From IMG/VR virus record IMGVR_UViG_3300009506_000028, positions 1 through 61,527 of that record: DNA of 61,527 bases, one strand, 5' to 3'. Position 1 is the first letter of the stretch, and each line of letters opens with the position of its first letter. This stretch comes from a virus (Duplodnaviria > Caudoviricetes). The notes below the pieces were generated by a model. The model was not told where the DNA came from, searched no databases, and saw only the letters and a list, made by a program, of their open reading frames with translations. A program made the translations under genes and the position numbers. Shown here piece after piece: positions 38,790 to 47,824 of the stretch.

Positions 38790-39038
38790 ATGTTCATACC
38801 GAAAGTGATAGGAGAGGTAAACATTAACCAGCGCCTTACTATCCGTCATAACGGCATGACGATGATGGTGGAACCTGGTCAGTACCCGGCCTACCGTCAA
38901 CCAGGATACGCTGGGGTCTATGTCCAGCTCTCTGGCCTGGCCCGCTCTGCGGACTGGGAGGGACGGACCATGTTCAACTACTTCGTACCAGACAGCGGAC
39001 ACATCGACCTGCCTATTGAGATCAATGTAGCCGCATAG
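38790..39038 (+). CDS. Hypothetical protein
   Basis: 82-aa ORF starting the plus-strand island; start uncertain. Confidence 0.45.
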   Translation: MFIPKVIGEVNINQRLTIRHNGMTMMVEPGQYPAYRQPGYAGVYVQLSGLARSADWEGRTMFNYFVPDSGHIDLPIEINVAA

Positions 39039-39085
39039 CAGTAAAGGCCCGTGTGGGACGGGCCTACATCAAAGAGGAAAGCGTC

Positions 39086-39331
39086 ATGTCACAGACTAAT
39101 ACCGTCCAAAATTCCGCCCCCGAGGCTGGAAAAATCTATAAGGTCACTCACTCCCGTAAGGGCATCTTTACCATGCGCGTTGATAGTGTTGGTGAGGTGT
39201 GGGCGCAAGGCGTCATCGTTGAAGGCAAAGCCAATGCTCTGCTCGCCTATAACGAAAAGTTTGAAGGTGAGCCCATCACCGTGCGTATCGCCTTCTGTAA
39301 ATTTACGGAGGTGTCAGATGGCCAAGATTAG
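39086..39331 (+). CDS. Hypothetical protein
   Basis: AAAGAGGAAAGCGTCATG start context. Confidence 0.65.
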   Translation: MSQTNTVQNSAPEAGKIYKVTHSRKGIFTMRVDSVGEVWAQGVIVEGKANALLAYNEKFEGEPITVRIAFCKFTEVSDGQD

Positions 39332-39944
39332 CGGACTGCGGCCTGGCTTCGTTCCCGGATCTGTCACCGAGATCGAGAAGCCTAATAAACGGAAGCCGCC
39401 CAGCACGTCGGCCTATACCTGTGATTGTTGTGGGTATTCCTTTGAGGGGTCACTCAGCAAACTGAGAAAGGCTTTTGTCATCGACAATGATGAGGGCAAG
39501 CTCTGTATGGGTTGTTATAAATTCTTTCTAACTGGCTATACCGACATGAGCCCGGAAAGCGCCAAGGAGCGTCTGGAGAAAATACGTCAGACTGGGTATG
39601 CCATCATCCTAAAGTCCGGCAACTTTTCCGGTACCAAGTCAGGGATCAGCTTTTCCGTGGAGTTTGGGGACATCTTCCAGGTGTCCAGGATTGGCTTGGA
39701 CAATGAGCCTGACGGCACCCTGGATGGGGCTTTCAAGATGTTCACCTTTGACATCATCGTCGGCCCCGAGGTCCTTACCCTCTACCCCCACGAAGCTACT
39801 GCTATTGGCTGGACGGAGATCATGATGCTCCGCTCGGAGCATGTCGTGGAGGAGGCTTACCTGTGTTCTGAGGATGAGCATGGTTATTTTGCTCCGTCTC
39901 CAGACTTCAAAAAGGACCTTATCGGTCTGTTCGGTAATCGTTAA
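39318..39944 (+). CDS. Hypothetical protein with Zn finger
   Basis: CDCC..CMGC; GGAGGT RBS. Confidence 0.65.
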   Translation: MAKISGLRPGFVPGSVTEIEKPNKRKPPSTSAYTCDCCGYSFEGSLSKLRKAFVIDNDEGKLCMGCYKFFLTGYTDMSPESAKERLEKIRQTGYAIILKSGNFSGTKSGISFSVEFGDIFQVSRIGLDNEPDGTLDGAFKMFTFDIIVGPEVLTLYPHEATAIGWTEIMMLRSEHVVEEAYLCSEDEHGYFAPSPDFKKDLIGLFGNR

Positions 39945-39996
39945 ACGGCGAAGATCGGGACGCCTATCTCCCGGCAATATCAAAGAGGAAAGTGTC

Positions 39997-40560
39997 ATGT
40001 CATCAGAAAAGAGAAGTTACACCATTACGGAAATTGAGACCCACCTGGATGGAATCGGCCACTCTGTCGCTAATATTGCACTTAAAATGGGCATTCAAGG
40101 AAACCCTGACTACATCAGCCAAGAAGCCGACAAGATCGGAAGCGTCCTGTCATCCGCCTACTTCCGTGGAGTGGTGAACCGCACCACTGACCGCCCTTAT
40201 ATGTACTCAAAAGGGCCGCGTGATCACCTCACGCCAATAGAGTCCGATATCATGGAAAAGATGAACGGAACTTTTACGGTAGCGGACGTAATGGATAAGA
40301 CCAAAATATCCCGCTCAAATACCCGCAATGCTTTACTTGCCTTGACCCGTATGGGGTTTATGACAAGTCCAGGATCAAATGGTCATCACAAGCTCTACCG
40401 CAAGGTAGACTTAACCAAGAAAGCAAAAAGTACCCTTGACTGGGATGATGTTCTGTTCGCGGCTGAGGTCTTGGCCAATAACCTACCTGAACTGATCCGC
40501 AAGGCTCAGGCCTGGGATGAGCTGCAGGAACTCCAGGCGAAAGTAAAAGGCAGCGCGTGA
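39997..40560 (+). CDS. Winged-helix DNA-binding protein
   Basis: FTVADVMDKTKISRSNTRNALLAL..MGFM. Confidence 0.6.
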   Translation: MSSEKRSYTITEIETHLDGIGHSVANIALKMGIQGNPDYISQEADKIGSVLSSAYFRGVVNRTTDRPYMYSKGPRDHLTPIESDIMEKMNGTFTVADVMDKTKISRSNTRNALLALTRMGFMTSPGSNGHHKLYRKVDLTKKAKSTLDWDDVLFAAEVLANNLPELIRKAQAWDELQELQAKVKGSA

Positions 40561-40787
40561 TGACACCGGAAGAGCTGCACATCGTAATGATCCAGGTCGG
40601 GATCCGGCCTGAATCAAAGACGGCGGCAGCTCTCCACATGGTCCTGGTGGAGGGGAAATCACAGGCTGAGGCATCCAGAAAACTGGAAATAAACCAGTCT
40701 GTGGTGTCTCGAGCCATAAAGAAGATCCCTAAATCTCTCCCTAATACCTGTCCATGCTGCGGGGCTCCGCTTACTGGAAGACTATGA
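40557..40787 (+). CDS. TrfB/KorA-like HTH regulator
   Basis: AALHMVLVEGKSQAEASRKLEINQSVVSRAI plus CPCC. Confidence 0.7.
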   Translation: MMTPEELHIVMIQVGIRPESKTAAALHMVLVEGKSQAEASRKLEINQSVVSRAIKKIPKSLPNTCPCCGAPLTGRL

Positions 40788-41182
40788 TCACAGAGGATGA
40801 CCATAAAACGATAGGAGACAGTCCGATGCCTGTGAATATCATGGAAAATGAGTACGGCATGATCAGTATTGTTTTTGACTTTAACCTATGTCGACCACCA
40901 AAGAACCAGGATCTTGGTGTCCCAGGACAGCAAGAATGTTTTCCGGCCATCTGTAACGGTCTTTACCTTCCAGCCACTCGCGGTGTTTATCGTGGTGGTT
41001 TAGAGATTGAAAAGCCCTACCCTGGAAGCGTTGAGGTAGGTGACATACAGACCTTTATCGATGAGAAGTGGGTGAAGGTCAAACATGACAAAAGCCTGGT
41101 GATGTTTGTTCGCGATCGGATGATTAATCACCTGGAAATCCACGTCAAAGAGAAAGGGGAGGAGCTGCGCTATGTTGATTAA
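40784..41182 (+). CDS. Hypothetical protein
   Basis: ATGA coupling. Confidence 0.55.
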   Translation: MITEDDHKTIGDSPMPVNIMENEYGMISIVFDFNLCRPPKNQDLGVPGQQECFPAICNGLYLPATRGVYRGGLEIEKPYPGSVEVGDIQTFIDEKWVKVKHDKSLVMFVRDRMINHLEIHVKEKGEELRYVD

Positions 41183-41468
41183 CCTACTTCGCTTACCCAA
41201 GACAGCCACCTACGATATGACCATTGAAGTCAATGGATATGAATATCAGGTGAGGGCTGAGGGGTGTTATGTAAGGCCGGCGAGAGGCAAGCGCGGCTTT
41301 CTTGGTGACCAACTGGAGCCAGATACGGAGGAGGCTGGTGATATTGTAAGGATTTACATAAAAGACAGCATCGGAAACTGGACTGAGTTTCCTTTCCTAA
41401 AGGAGGTATGGAAAGACATCAGCGATCAGTGGCTTGAGGAGTTCAAGGCAGAGTTTATTGATAAGTAA
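41172..41468 (+). CDS. Hypothetical protein
   Basis: 98 aa, GGAGG RBS. Confidence 0.6.
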   Translation: MLINLLRLPKTATYDMTIEVNGYEYQVRAEGCYVRPARGKRGFLGDQLEPDTEEAGDIVRIYIKDSIGNWTEFPFLKEVWKDISDQWLEEFKAEFIDK

Positions 41469-41584
41469 AACCCCACCAGGGCAAACCATGGCGGGGCGGG
41501 AAAGCGCCTGGTCCTGGGTGTGGGAGAGGAACAGACTAAGGACATCGTAGTACTTCCTTGGATATGACTCAACCCCCAAGCCAT

Positions 41585-41612
41585 AAAAAAAGCCGCCCAA
41601 TTTAGGCGGCTT
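41585..41612. terminator. Terminator between convergent operons
   Basis: aagccgcc..ggcggctt hairpin with a flanking A-run. Confidence 0.65.
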
Positions 41613-41662
41613 AATAATGTAACAACGAAAGTGTCAGATGGATCTCATTGTCGGTATTAACC

Positions 41663-41944
41663 TTAGACCTTTGCTGCCCTGTCGTCAATCTTGATAGTGA
41701 CACCAAGGATGGAATGGGGCATGTTCATGTCCATTTCCTGGAGGCGCGGCGGTAGTCGCTTCACCTCCTCCTCTAACTGCTTGAATCTCACGGTAGTAAT
41801 ACAAACCCGCTTGGGCTTGATAGTAGTAAGGTTTTCATAGTTCTTAATGGTCCGGAGGATTGCTGCAAGTACCGGATACTCCTCTGTCTCATCGATCGCG
41901 CTCATAGCCATAATGACCTCCACCAGCTCTTGAATTTTTCCCAT
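41663..41944 (-). CDS. Hypothetical protein
   Basis: 93-aa ORF; start uncertain. Confidence 0.5.
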   Translation of the reverse strand: MGKIQELVEVIMAMSAIDETEEYPVLAAILRTIKNYENLTTIKPKRVCITTVRFKQLEEEVKRLPPRLQEMDMNMPHSILGVTIKIDDRAAKV

Positions 41945-42007
41945 ACGCTCCGCTTTTTCGTGGCCCTGGCTGGCCTGACCGTCACTTTCCCGTGAATCTC
42001 GGCCATA

Positions 42008-42319
42008 TCAGTGTCTCGCCTCCCGTAGGAACTGCATCAAGGTGAGTGCCACATGTTTCCACTGCGGCCCGTTCTCCAGTTCCCACCGGTCGACGTTGTG
42101 ATGCAGCTCGTTGTGGCAAAGTCGGCACAGGGGGAAAGCCATATCATCACCGGCCTTGGTACCTGTACCACCGAAACCCTCCCCTATCATGTGGTGAGGG
42201 TCGTTTCTGGCTGGAGCGCCGCACCCTACACATGCAAGGGTACGTACATACTCCAGGTAAGCGTCGCTTTCTAGGCGCTTAATCTGTCCAGATTTAAGTA
42301 ATAACTCAAATTCGCTCAT
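42008..42319 (-). CDS. DUF968 family Zn-binding protein
   Basis: YL.YVR...C..CG...DPHH.IG.G.GG.GTKA.D..AFPLC..CH.ELH. Confidence 0.85.
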   Translation of the reverse strand: MSEFELLLKSGQIKRLESDAYLEYVRTLACVGCGAPARNDPHHMIGEGFGGTGTKAGDDMAFPLCRLCHNELHHNVDRWELENGPQWKHVALTLMQFLREARH

Positions 42320-42908
42320 AGCCCTTATCTGGTGCGGCTGTCATAGGTTTGTGTTTTCTCTCGTGGCAACCATTGACGTGCTTGGTCAGAAGTGTAGCTA
42401 TCCTGCCAGATAGCCACTGTAGAAACCGCTCATCCCTGACGCCAAGATTATCGAAATCTCTCTTTGATAGAGAATAGGCCATTACCTCACCATTGGATTG
42501 TACCAGGCTAATCAATCTACTCAGCTCCCCCAGGTCTTCACGCTCCTCCAGGAAGACAACAAAATTCTCAAGCCGCTCAAGCCGTGATGTGTCTCTGTAA
42601 GGGACATTAAGATCCGTTGCAAGGGATTTTCTTTCTTGAACTTCAAGATACTCAAATTCCCTCACTCTTGGGCCCAAATCCATAAGTTGCGGTTTAAACC
42701 TCAGCATGCTGTAGACGCCAAGGATATCCGCAATCCTACCATCCCAATTGTCAACACTATGGCGCAGATCACGATATTCTCTCGCCCATCTGTTTCGCTC
42801 ATTCACCACCCTGTTCTGCTCGGCATCCATGAGATTGACCAGGTTCTCCATGGCGGCGATCTTCTCGCGGTGGGCCCGTTTCTGATTCCTGCCGTAGCGC
42901 TTACTCAT
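42306..42908 (-). CDS. Hypothetical protein
   Basis: MSKRYGRNQKR start, ATGA-coupled. Confidence 0.65.
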   Translation of the reverse strand: MSKRYGRNQKRAHREKIAAMENLVNLMDAEQNRVVNERNRWAREYRDLRHSVDNWDGRIADILGVYSMLRFKPQLMDLGPRVREFEYLEVQERKSLATDLNVPYRDTSRLERLENFVVFLEEREDLGELSRLISLVQSNGEVMAYSLSKRDFDNLGVRDERFLQWLSGRIATLLTKHVNGCHERKHKPMTAAPDKGYERI

Positions 42909-43303
42909 CCCTCTATTCCTGGGTGATATAAGTGCCACCCCTTCTCAAGAATCTTGTCGATAACCTCATCAAGATCTGCCTCGTTACCGATATTATCCAA
43001 GGCGTTAAGAGCAACCACACCCTGGAGGTGCCCGCACATGGCGATACGACGTAAGCCCTGGTACCGGCTGGCATCATCAGCATGCTCCTTGCCAGTAAAA
43101 CGGATAGAGTCAGCGGCCACCAGAACGATCGTACCGTCATCTTTCTCAACGACGGCAGCGGTGTAGCTTGCGGCCCCGTTTTCGCCAAACTCGTGGAAAT
43201 TAACCCCCCACTGGTGAAACAGCGCCTCGTAATCATCCATTGGGTGGAGGCCGGGTTTTCCTGGGACACGGACATGCTTCAAAACCATCACTCTTTTTTT
43301 CAT
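42905..43303 (-). CDS. Hypothetical protein
   Basis: FHQWG..E......YTAAVVE..DG; coupled. Confidence 0.65.
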   Translation of the reverse strand: MKKRVMVLKHVRVPGKPGLHPMDDYEALFHQWGVNFHEFGENGAASYTAAVVEKDDGTIVLVAADSIRFTGKEHADDASRYQGLRRIAMCGHLQGVVALNALDNIGNEADLDEVIDKILEKGWHLYHPGIEG

Positions 43304-43896
43304 TGCGCTTTCCTCTTGGCTTCATTGACCTGACCACGCCACACCTTAATCAGCTCGTCAGGGATATGAATGATCTCCTCATGGGCCTGGTGAGTCTTCC
43401 AGGGTGTCCAGATAGGGATCACTGAACCTTTCGGGTTGCCAAACTGTGGTACCCCGTTGGCATCGAGAAACGGCAGCCGCCTGTCCGTGACATACACCGT
43501 CGTCGCCTGTTTTTTGATGTATTCCTGGTACCACTCAGTCGATCGATCATCAGGGAGAAGACCGACAATAATCGCCCCGTTACCTGACTCCTCTGCCGCT
43601 TTCTTGCACCACTCCAGCGGATTGGAATAGGGCGGGTTCTCCCACATAGCTGGCATTCTGTAAAGAAACTCAATCCATGACTCTATAACCTCAAGGTACT
43701 TTTGACCCCACTCCTTGGTGAGGGCGTCATCCTCCTCAGTCCAGTAGTATGGTGATACAGATGTGTGATCCTCGGCACAAACATCCCATATAAACTGAAC
43801 CCCCAGGGTGACCTCAAGGAGTTCAACAAGCTCCGGTGGGGTGGCCCGCTTATCTCGGTCCTCCTTCCTGGTTTTGCTCTCAGTGTACGCTTTCAT
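43300..43896 (-). CDS. Phage DNA N6-adenine methyltransferase (T1/HP1 Dam-like family)
   Basis: D..ATPP, WDVCA, DAL..EW, NPPYS, LLP...ST.WY, R..F. Confidence 0.88.
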   Translation of the reverse strand: MKAYTESKTRKEDRDKRATPPELVELLEVTLGVQFIWDVCAEDHTSVSPYYWTEEDDALTKEWGQKYLEVIESWIEFLYRMPAMWENPPYSNPLEWCKKAAEESGNGAIIVGLLPDDRSTEWYQEYIKKQATTVYVTDRRLPFLDANGVPQFGNPKGSVIPIWTPWKTHQAHEEIIHIPDELIKVWRGQVNEAKRKAQ

Positions 43897-44263
43897 CCCC
43901 GCCCCCTTGATCTTCCTTGCTCTTGCGGACAATAGACTCAATGGGGCATTTCCCTTTTTGTGGACAGGTCTCACAGTCGTGATCACCGATGTTTATAAAC
44001 CCAACCTTATCGCCATATTGTTGCGCGATCTTTTCCATTTCTTCACGCGCCATCCGGTCTGTGATAGCAGGGAATTGTTTTGCTCCCTCAGCGGCGAAAG
44101 AGCGGAGGATATTGGCAAAGGATCGCGCCTGCTCCATATCCTGGGCATACACGGGCTCACCACTCTCACGACGATGGATAAAGCCGTTAGCTGCAGCTCC
44201 CATCCTGATAAGAGACTCAATCGCCTTATCGTCGACCTCAATTACAAGCTGTTTCTTACTCAT
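43880..44263 (-). CDS. Hypothetical protein
   Basis: 127 aa with C..CP....CP; AGGAG RBS. Confidence 0.6.
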   Translation of the reverse strand: MSKKQLVIEVDDKAIESLIRMGAAANGFIHRRESGEPVYAQDMEQARSFANILRSFAAEGAKQFPAITDRMAREEMEKIAQQYGDKVGFINIGDHDCETCPQKGKCPIESIVRKSKEDQGGGDESVH

Positions 44264-44420
44264 GACACTCTCCTGTTATGTTTTTGGATAGATCCACATC
44301 ATCCGCCTACCGGTTGGATATTCCGGTGACCCACAGGACACGAATGGATGCGGCCTCGGGGTGCGCTGTCATCATCACGCTCAAGCTCCCGCTCCTCGGA
44401 ATGATGCAGACCTAAAACTG

Positions 44421-45275
44421 TTAAAATGGTATGGATGGGTCGTAGCTAAATCCTGCCCCGTAGCTAAACCGGTTCATCATGTCGCAATGGTTCGCCTCGA
44501 TGCGATCGACCTGCTCTGGCGTCAGCTTGGTCATCCATCCGCCCGCCTCACCGTGACTGAAAAAGGTACCGTTTTGCGTCTCACGGAATCCCCTCTCTTG
44601 CTCCTGTCGCTGAACCCTGTCAAAGCTCACCGCCTCCAGTGAGGCAGCAATCTTTGCGTAGTCGTTCTCCAATCCGAAGGCTTCCACGATGGTGGTGAAA
44701 GTTGTGATCGGGGCGTTCTGCATATCTTCATAGCGGATTATTTCCACCGGGAAAACGTCGCTTTCTTTCAGCCTCAACCATGATCCGACATGGGTCGACC
44801 AGGAACCAAGCCAGTGATGAGGGGAATGATTATTCTGCTTTATGGCATAACCATCGGTGCCCATGATCTCAATCGCTCTATCAATGCTGACAGCCATGTG
44901 TTCAGCCAGCGAAACCGCCACATCACGCGGATCGCGGACGATGTAAATAGCGGAGTCAGTCAGTGATGCGGGGATCAGATGGGCATCATGTATCTTGGCG
45001 TTGGCGTTGTGGGTTTTCACCACTCGGTAGGGAGAGGGGTGTGACTGCATCAGGTGGATAAGCGCCGCATAGCGGAGCATTTCCATACTCATTGGGTCAA
45101 CCTCTCGCAGAGATAGCGGGGAGACGGTCTGGTAATACAAGGGGTGCGAGTCAAGCAAAGAGGCCTGAATGGGGGAGTTAATATCATCGATCCCGTAAAG
45201 GTAATGATTTAAAAATAACCGCACCCAGGTATTACCGCTCTTTGGATAAGACGCTAACCAGTTAATATTGCTCAT
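44421..45275 (-). CDS. PAPS-dependent sulfotransferase (Sulfotransfer_1)
   Basis: 5'-PSB loop SYPKSGNTW, VKTH, 3'-PB RDPRDVAVS, RYED, FF..G..GGW. Confidence 0.9.
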   Translation of the reverse strand: MSNINWLASYPKSGNTWVRLFLNHYLYGIDDINSPIQASLLDSHPLYYQTVSPLSLREVDPMSMEMLRYAALIHLMQSHPSPYRVVKTHNANAKIHDAHLIPASLTDSAIYIVRDPRDVAVSLAEHMAVSIDRAIEIMGTDGYAIKQNNHSPHHWLGSWSTHVGSWLRLKESDVFPVEIIRYEDMQNAPITTFTTIVEAFGLENDYAKIAASLEAVSFDRVQRQEQERGFRETQNGTFFSHGEAGGWMTKLTPEQVDRIEANHCDMMNRFSYGAGFSYDPSIPF

Positions 45276-45535
45276 GAATTGCTCCTCTTACTTGTGCCAT
45301 ATTCCACACCTACACGATAAGTCTCCCCATCAAAGACCACCTCATGGAGCTTGTGCCACTTCCCCTCACCGGTAAAACTCACCATCCCTTTCAACTCCAG
45401 GGATCGAAGCGCCAGCGCCACACGGCTGGAGTGCCTGGTGATCTCGCTGCGGCTGGTGATGGTCTCCACAGAGAGATTGTTTTTTGTCTGGCTCAGGATT
45501 GACAGGATTTCCTCCTCTAGCTTACTCATCACCAA
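45272..45535 (-). CDS. Small winged-helix protein
   Basis: IL.IL..LS..I..V..AL..LE.KG.V...G.W. Confidence 0.6.
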   Translation of the reverse strand: MVMSKLEEEILSILSQTKNNLSVETITSRSEITRHSSRVALALRSLELKGMVSFTGEGKWHKLHEVVFDGETYRVGVEYGTSKRSNS

Positions 45536-46112
45536 GACCCTCCTTCTCGCGCCAGAACCGGTACTTTTCCATCACTGAACTAAACCGTTTCCTGGCTGAT
45601 TCGCTGTGATCAAGGTCGCGCCTGGAGGTGATTTTGCAGGCGTGATAGAGAAACATCTTTGCCCCATGCTCTGAGACCTGGTAAGCCTGGGTCCATTGGT
45701 TGCCGGAGTCATCACTCTCCACGTAGGTATAGAGGCTGGCAAAGCGCTGAAAATCGACGTTATTGCATAAAAGCCCGGCAGACCGCGCCAGCGCCCCTCC
45801 TTTAGGTTTTTCCTCCTTACCCGCTACGTCTGGCTTGCCTTCTTCCTCCTGGACACTGCTGGACGCGCCAGGCTCAGCCTCATCACCATTGCGGTGTGAC
45901 ACTTGAGCGTGAAAGACCTCAATCACCATGCCTTTGGTCTCGGCGTCCATGAAAAGCTGCCAGTCCTCTTGTGTTAGCTCAAAGCTCACACGGTAAACCG
46001 GTCCGTCTTTGGTTTTGGAGCTGGTTGGGTTGGGGTTGGCAAGGGTCAACTGAAACGGGAGATCCCGCTCTAGTGGATTGTAGTCATCACTCACCTGGCA
46101 CCTCCACCCCAT
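45522..46112 (-). CDS. Hypothetical protein
   Basis: GGALARSAGLLC...FQRF..C.ITSRRDLD is a phage motif. Confidence 0.6.
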   Translation of the reverse strand: MGWRCQVSDDYNPLERDLPFQLTLANPNPTSSKTKDGPVYRVSFELTQEDWQLFMDAETKGMVIEVFHAQVSHRNGDEAEPGASSSVQEEEGKPDVAGKEEKPKGGALARSAGLLCNNVDFQRFASLYTYVESDDSGNQWTQAYQVSEHGAKMFLYHACKITSRRDLDHSESARKRFSSVMEKYRFWREKEGLGDE

Positions 46113-46470
46113 GAAAGCGGACAGGGTGATCCATGTCGGTGATCACGAAACTACACCCAAGACCGCCCGTGTTGATTCGCTGGCAATGCAGCCGCCACCC
46201 ACCGCTTGCTGTGGGCGAGATAGCACGGATCACCCCCTTCCAGCCAAGCCCCGCCCCCTTTGCCAGGTGTTCAGCGGGACGGCCCTTGTCAGAGGCCACC
46301 ACCCAGCCAACTGAAAAGGGACATGTCACCTCGGATCGTCGCGCATAGAGGCGATTAAGCTCCGCCTCTGTGTTGCGCTTTAAGGTCAGCAACTCGGAAA
46401 TGCGATTGTCGATCGCCTCCACCTCTTCAACCACCCGTGCACTACCCAGCTCATGCGACATTGCACTCAT
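46087..46470 (-). CDS. Hypothetical protein
   Basis: ATGA-coupled to the initiator gene. Confidence 0.55.
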   Translation of the reverse strand: MSAMSHELGSARVVEEVEAIDNRISELLTLKRNTEAELNRLYARRSEVTCPFSVGWVVASDKGRPAEHLAKGAGLGWKGVIRAISPTASGGWRLHCQRINTGGLGCSFVITDMDHPVRFHGVEVPGE

Positions 46471-47435
46471 CGCTCGCTCTCCTCTTGGTTCATCCGCCTA
46501 TCTGCCTCTAGCTCCAGGGTTCGGCGGTATTGGTCGTAAGTTTGAGATCCTGGTTTCGGGTACCCGTACTTTTCCGCCCATGGCATCATGGCGTCTTTGT
46601 CTCTCGGTACCGTGAACCGCTCAGGTCTTGCTCCTGGTCGCGGTGGTGGGTTAGGGAGATCCCAAGCCTCCAGGAATGACTTATCGGGGCCGAAGAAAGT
46701 AGCCGCCATCTTGACCACCTCTGTCCCGATTTTACCGGTGTCACTGCAGTAAGCGGCATACCTCACCGTACCGTCGTACAGCTCCGCCTCGCTGTGACCC
46801 TCTTTGCGTCTAGCATTCCAGGCACGAAAGGCCCGCTTTTTCGGGTTATCCCCCCCACGCTTTGGGTAGATCCCCCACACTTCCTCAAACTCATCCGGGT
46901 AGTCCATTTTCACAGGGACGGATTTTCCCGGTGACTTTGGTTCTGGCTTTATGGTTTGAGGGGTCATGTCGAAGTGGATCACAGTCCCTCGGATCTCCTC
47001 AAGGTCGTCATCAGACATGTCAGGTTGCTTTTCCTCGATGACCTCAGGAGGACTTTGAGGCGAGTCATAGGACATTGCTTTTTCTGTCTCTGTCTCTGTC
47101 TCTGTCTCTGTCTCTGGATCATCAAGGTGATATCGCTCTGATATCACGCTGATATCATCGATAATAAGAAACCCCTCAAGCTCAATAATGGCGCGGGCTA
47201 CAGCGGTGGTGTCCATGCGTAAGCGGAAAGCAATGTCCTCAATGTCCGGCAAATTGCCCTCCATGTCCTCATCCTCGGATGCAATCAGCCAGATACCGAT
47301 TAAAACGCGAAAGGATCGGTCTGATATCAAGTTGATATCACGTTGATCCAGTATGGCTTTATGCAGCTTAATCCATGGGGGGCGTCGGTCTTTGAAATGC
47401 TGAAACGTCGCCCAGTTTCTCACCCTAATGCACAT
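46467..47435 (-). CDS. Replication initiator/replisome organiser
   Basis: NW..FQHFKDR.PPWIKL, IAFRLR, ETETET linker, FEEVW..YPKR..KKRAFRAW..ATFFG; internal iteron-like repeats. Confidence 0.8.
   Translation of the reverse strand: MCIRVRNWATFQHFKDRRPPWIKLHKAILDQRDINLISDRSFRVLIGIWLIASEDEDMEGNLPDIEDIAFRLRMDTTAVARAIIELEGFLIIDDISVISERYHLDDPETETETETETEKAMSYDSPQSPPEVIEEKQPDMSDDDLEEIRGTVIHFDMTPQTIKPEPKSPGKSVPVKMDYPDEFEEVWGIYPKRGGDNPKKRAFRAWNARRKEGHSEAELYDGTVRYAAYCSDTGKIGTEVVKMAATFFGPDKSFLEAWDLPNPPPRPGARPERFTVPRDKDAMMPWAEKYGYPKPGSQTYDQYRRTLELEADRRMNQEESER
47128..47340. repeat. TGATATCA palindromes at 11-bp spacing (putative origin iterons)
   Basis: Copies at 47128 (TGATATCG), 47139, 47150, 47322, 47333. 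Confidence 0.65.
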
Positions 47436-47449
47436 CCCACACCCCTCCC

Positions 47450-47734
47450 CTACACACCGGCTTTGTCGGTGTCTTTAAGCGCCTGTTTTCCCTTATCAGT
47501 GATGATGTATTTAGTAGGCCGTGGCCCCGGCTTCCCCATGTTGCGCAACTTACGTGAGCTAAGAAGGCCCTCATCAATCAGGTTTTGTATCACAGCGTCA
47601 CGCTTGTCACCCGTCACTTTGTAGTAAACAAGCTGGTCGCCCAGGGCGGACCGTGTAATACCCCCCTTGCCATCCTGCTTTTCTACCAGATGGAGAATGG
47701 CATGCTCCTCAAATTTCAGAACTCGATTAGTCAT
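47450..47734 (-). CDS. Winged-helix transcriptional regulator
   Basis: ITRSAL..I..L.DEGLL...GPRP.KY.IT.KG..AL; start refined to 47734. Confidence 0.65.
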   Translation of the reverse strand: MTNRVLKFEEHAILHLVEKQDGKGGITRSALGDQLVYYKVTGDKRDAVIQNLIDEGLLSSRKLRNMGKPGPRPTKYIITDKGKQALKDTDKAGV

Positions 47735-47757
47735 AGGTTTTTTCCTGTTTAATGCCC

Positions 47758-47798
47758 TTGCGTAATATACCATAGTCCTCTATAGTTGGGGTTGTCAA
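47758..47798. promoter_or_regulatory. Overlapping divergent promoters
   Basis: Plus: TTGCGT-N17-TATAGT (47758-47786). Minus: TTGACA-N18-TATGGT (47798-47769). Confidence 0.55.
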
Positions 47799-47824
47799 AT
47801 CAAAACACAAAAGAGGAAAGTGTC

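Noticed and set aside
38757-39002. Minus-strand ORF and 5' extension of the 38350 ORF to 38766
   Set aside because: They overlap the divergent promoter region and a plus-strand gene; a better RBS and start exist at 38643.
47082-47116. (TCTCTG)n tract as a phase-variation switch
   Set aside because: It is an in-frame hexamer encoding the ETETET linker common in phage initiators.
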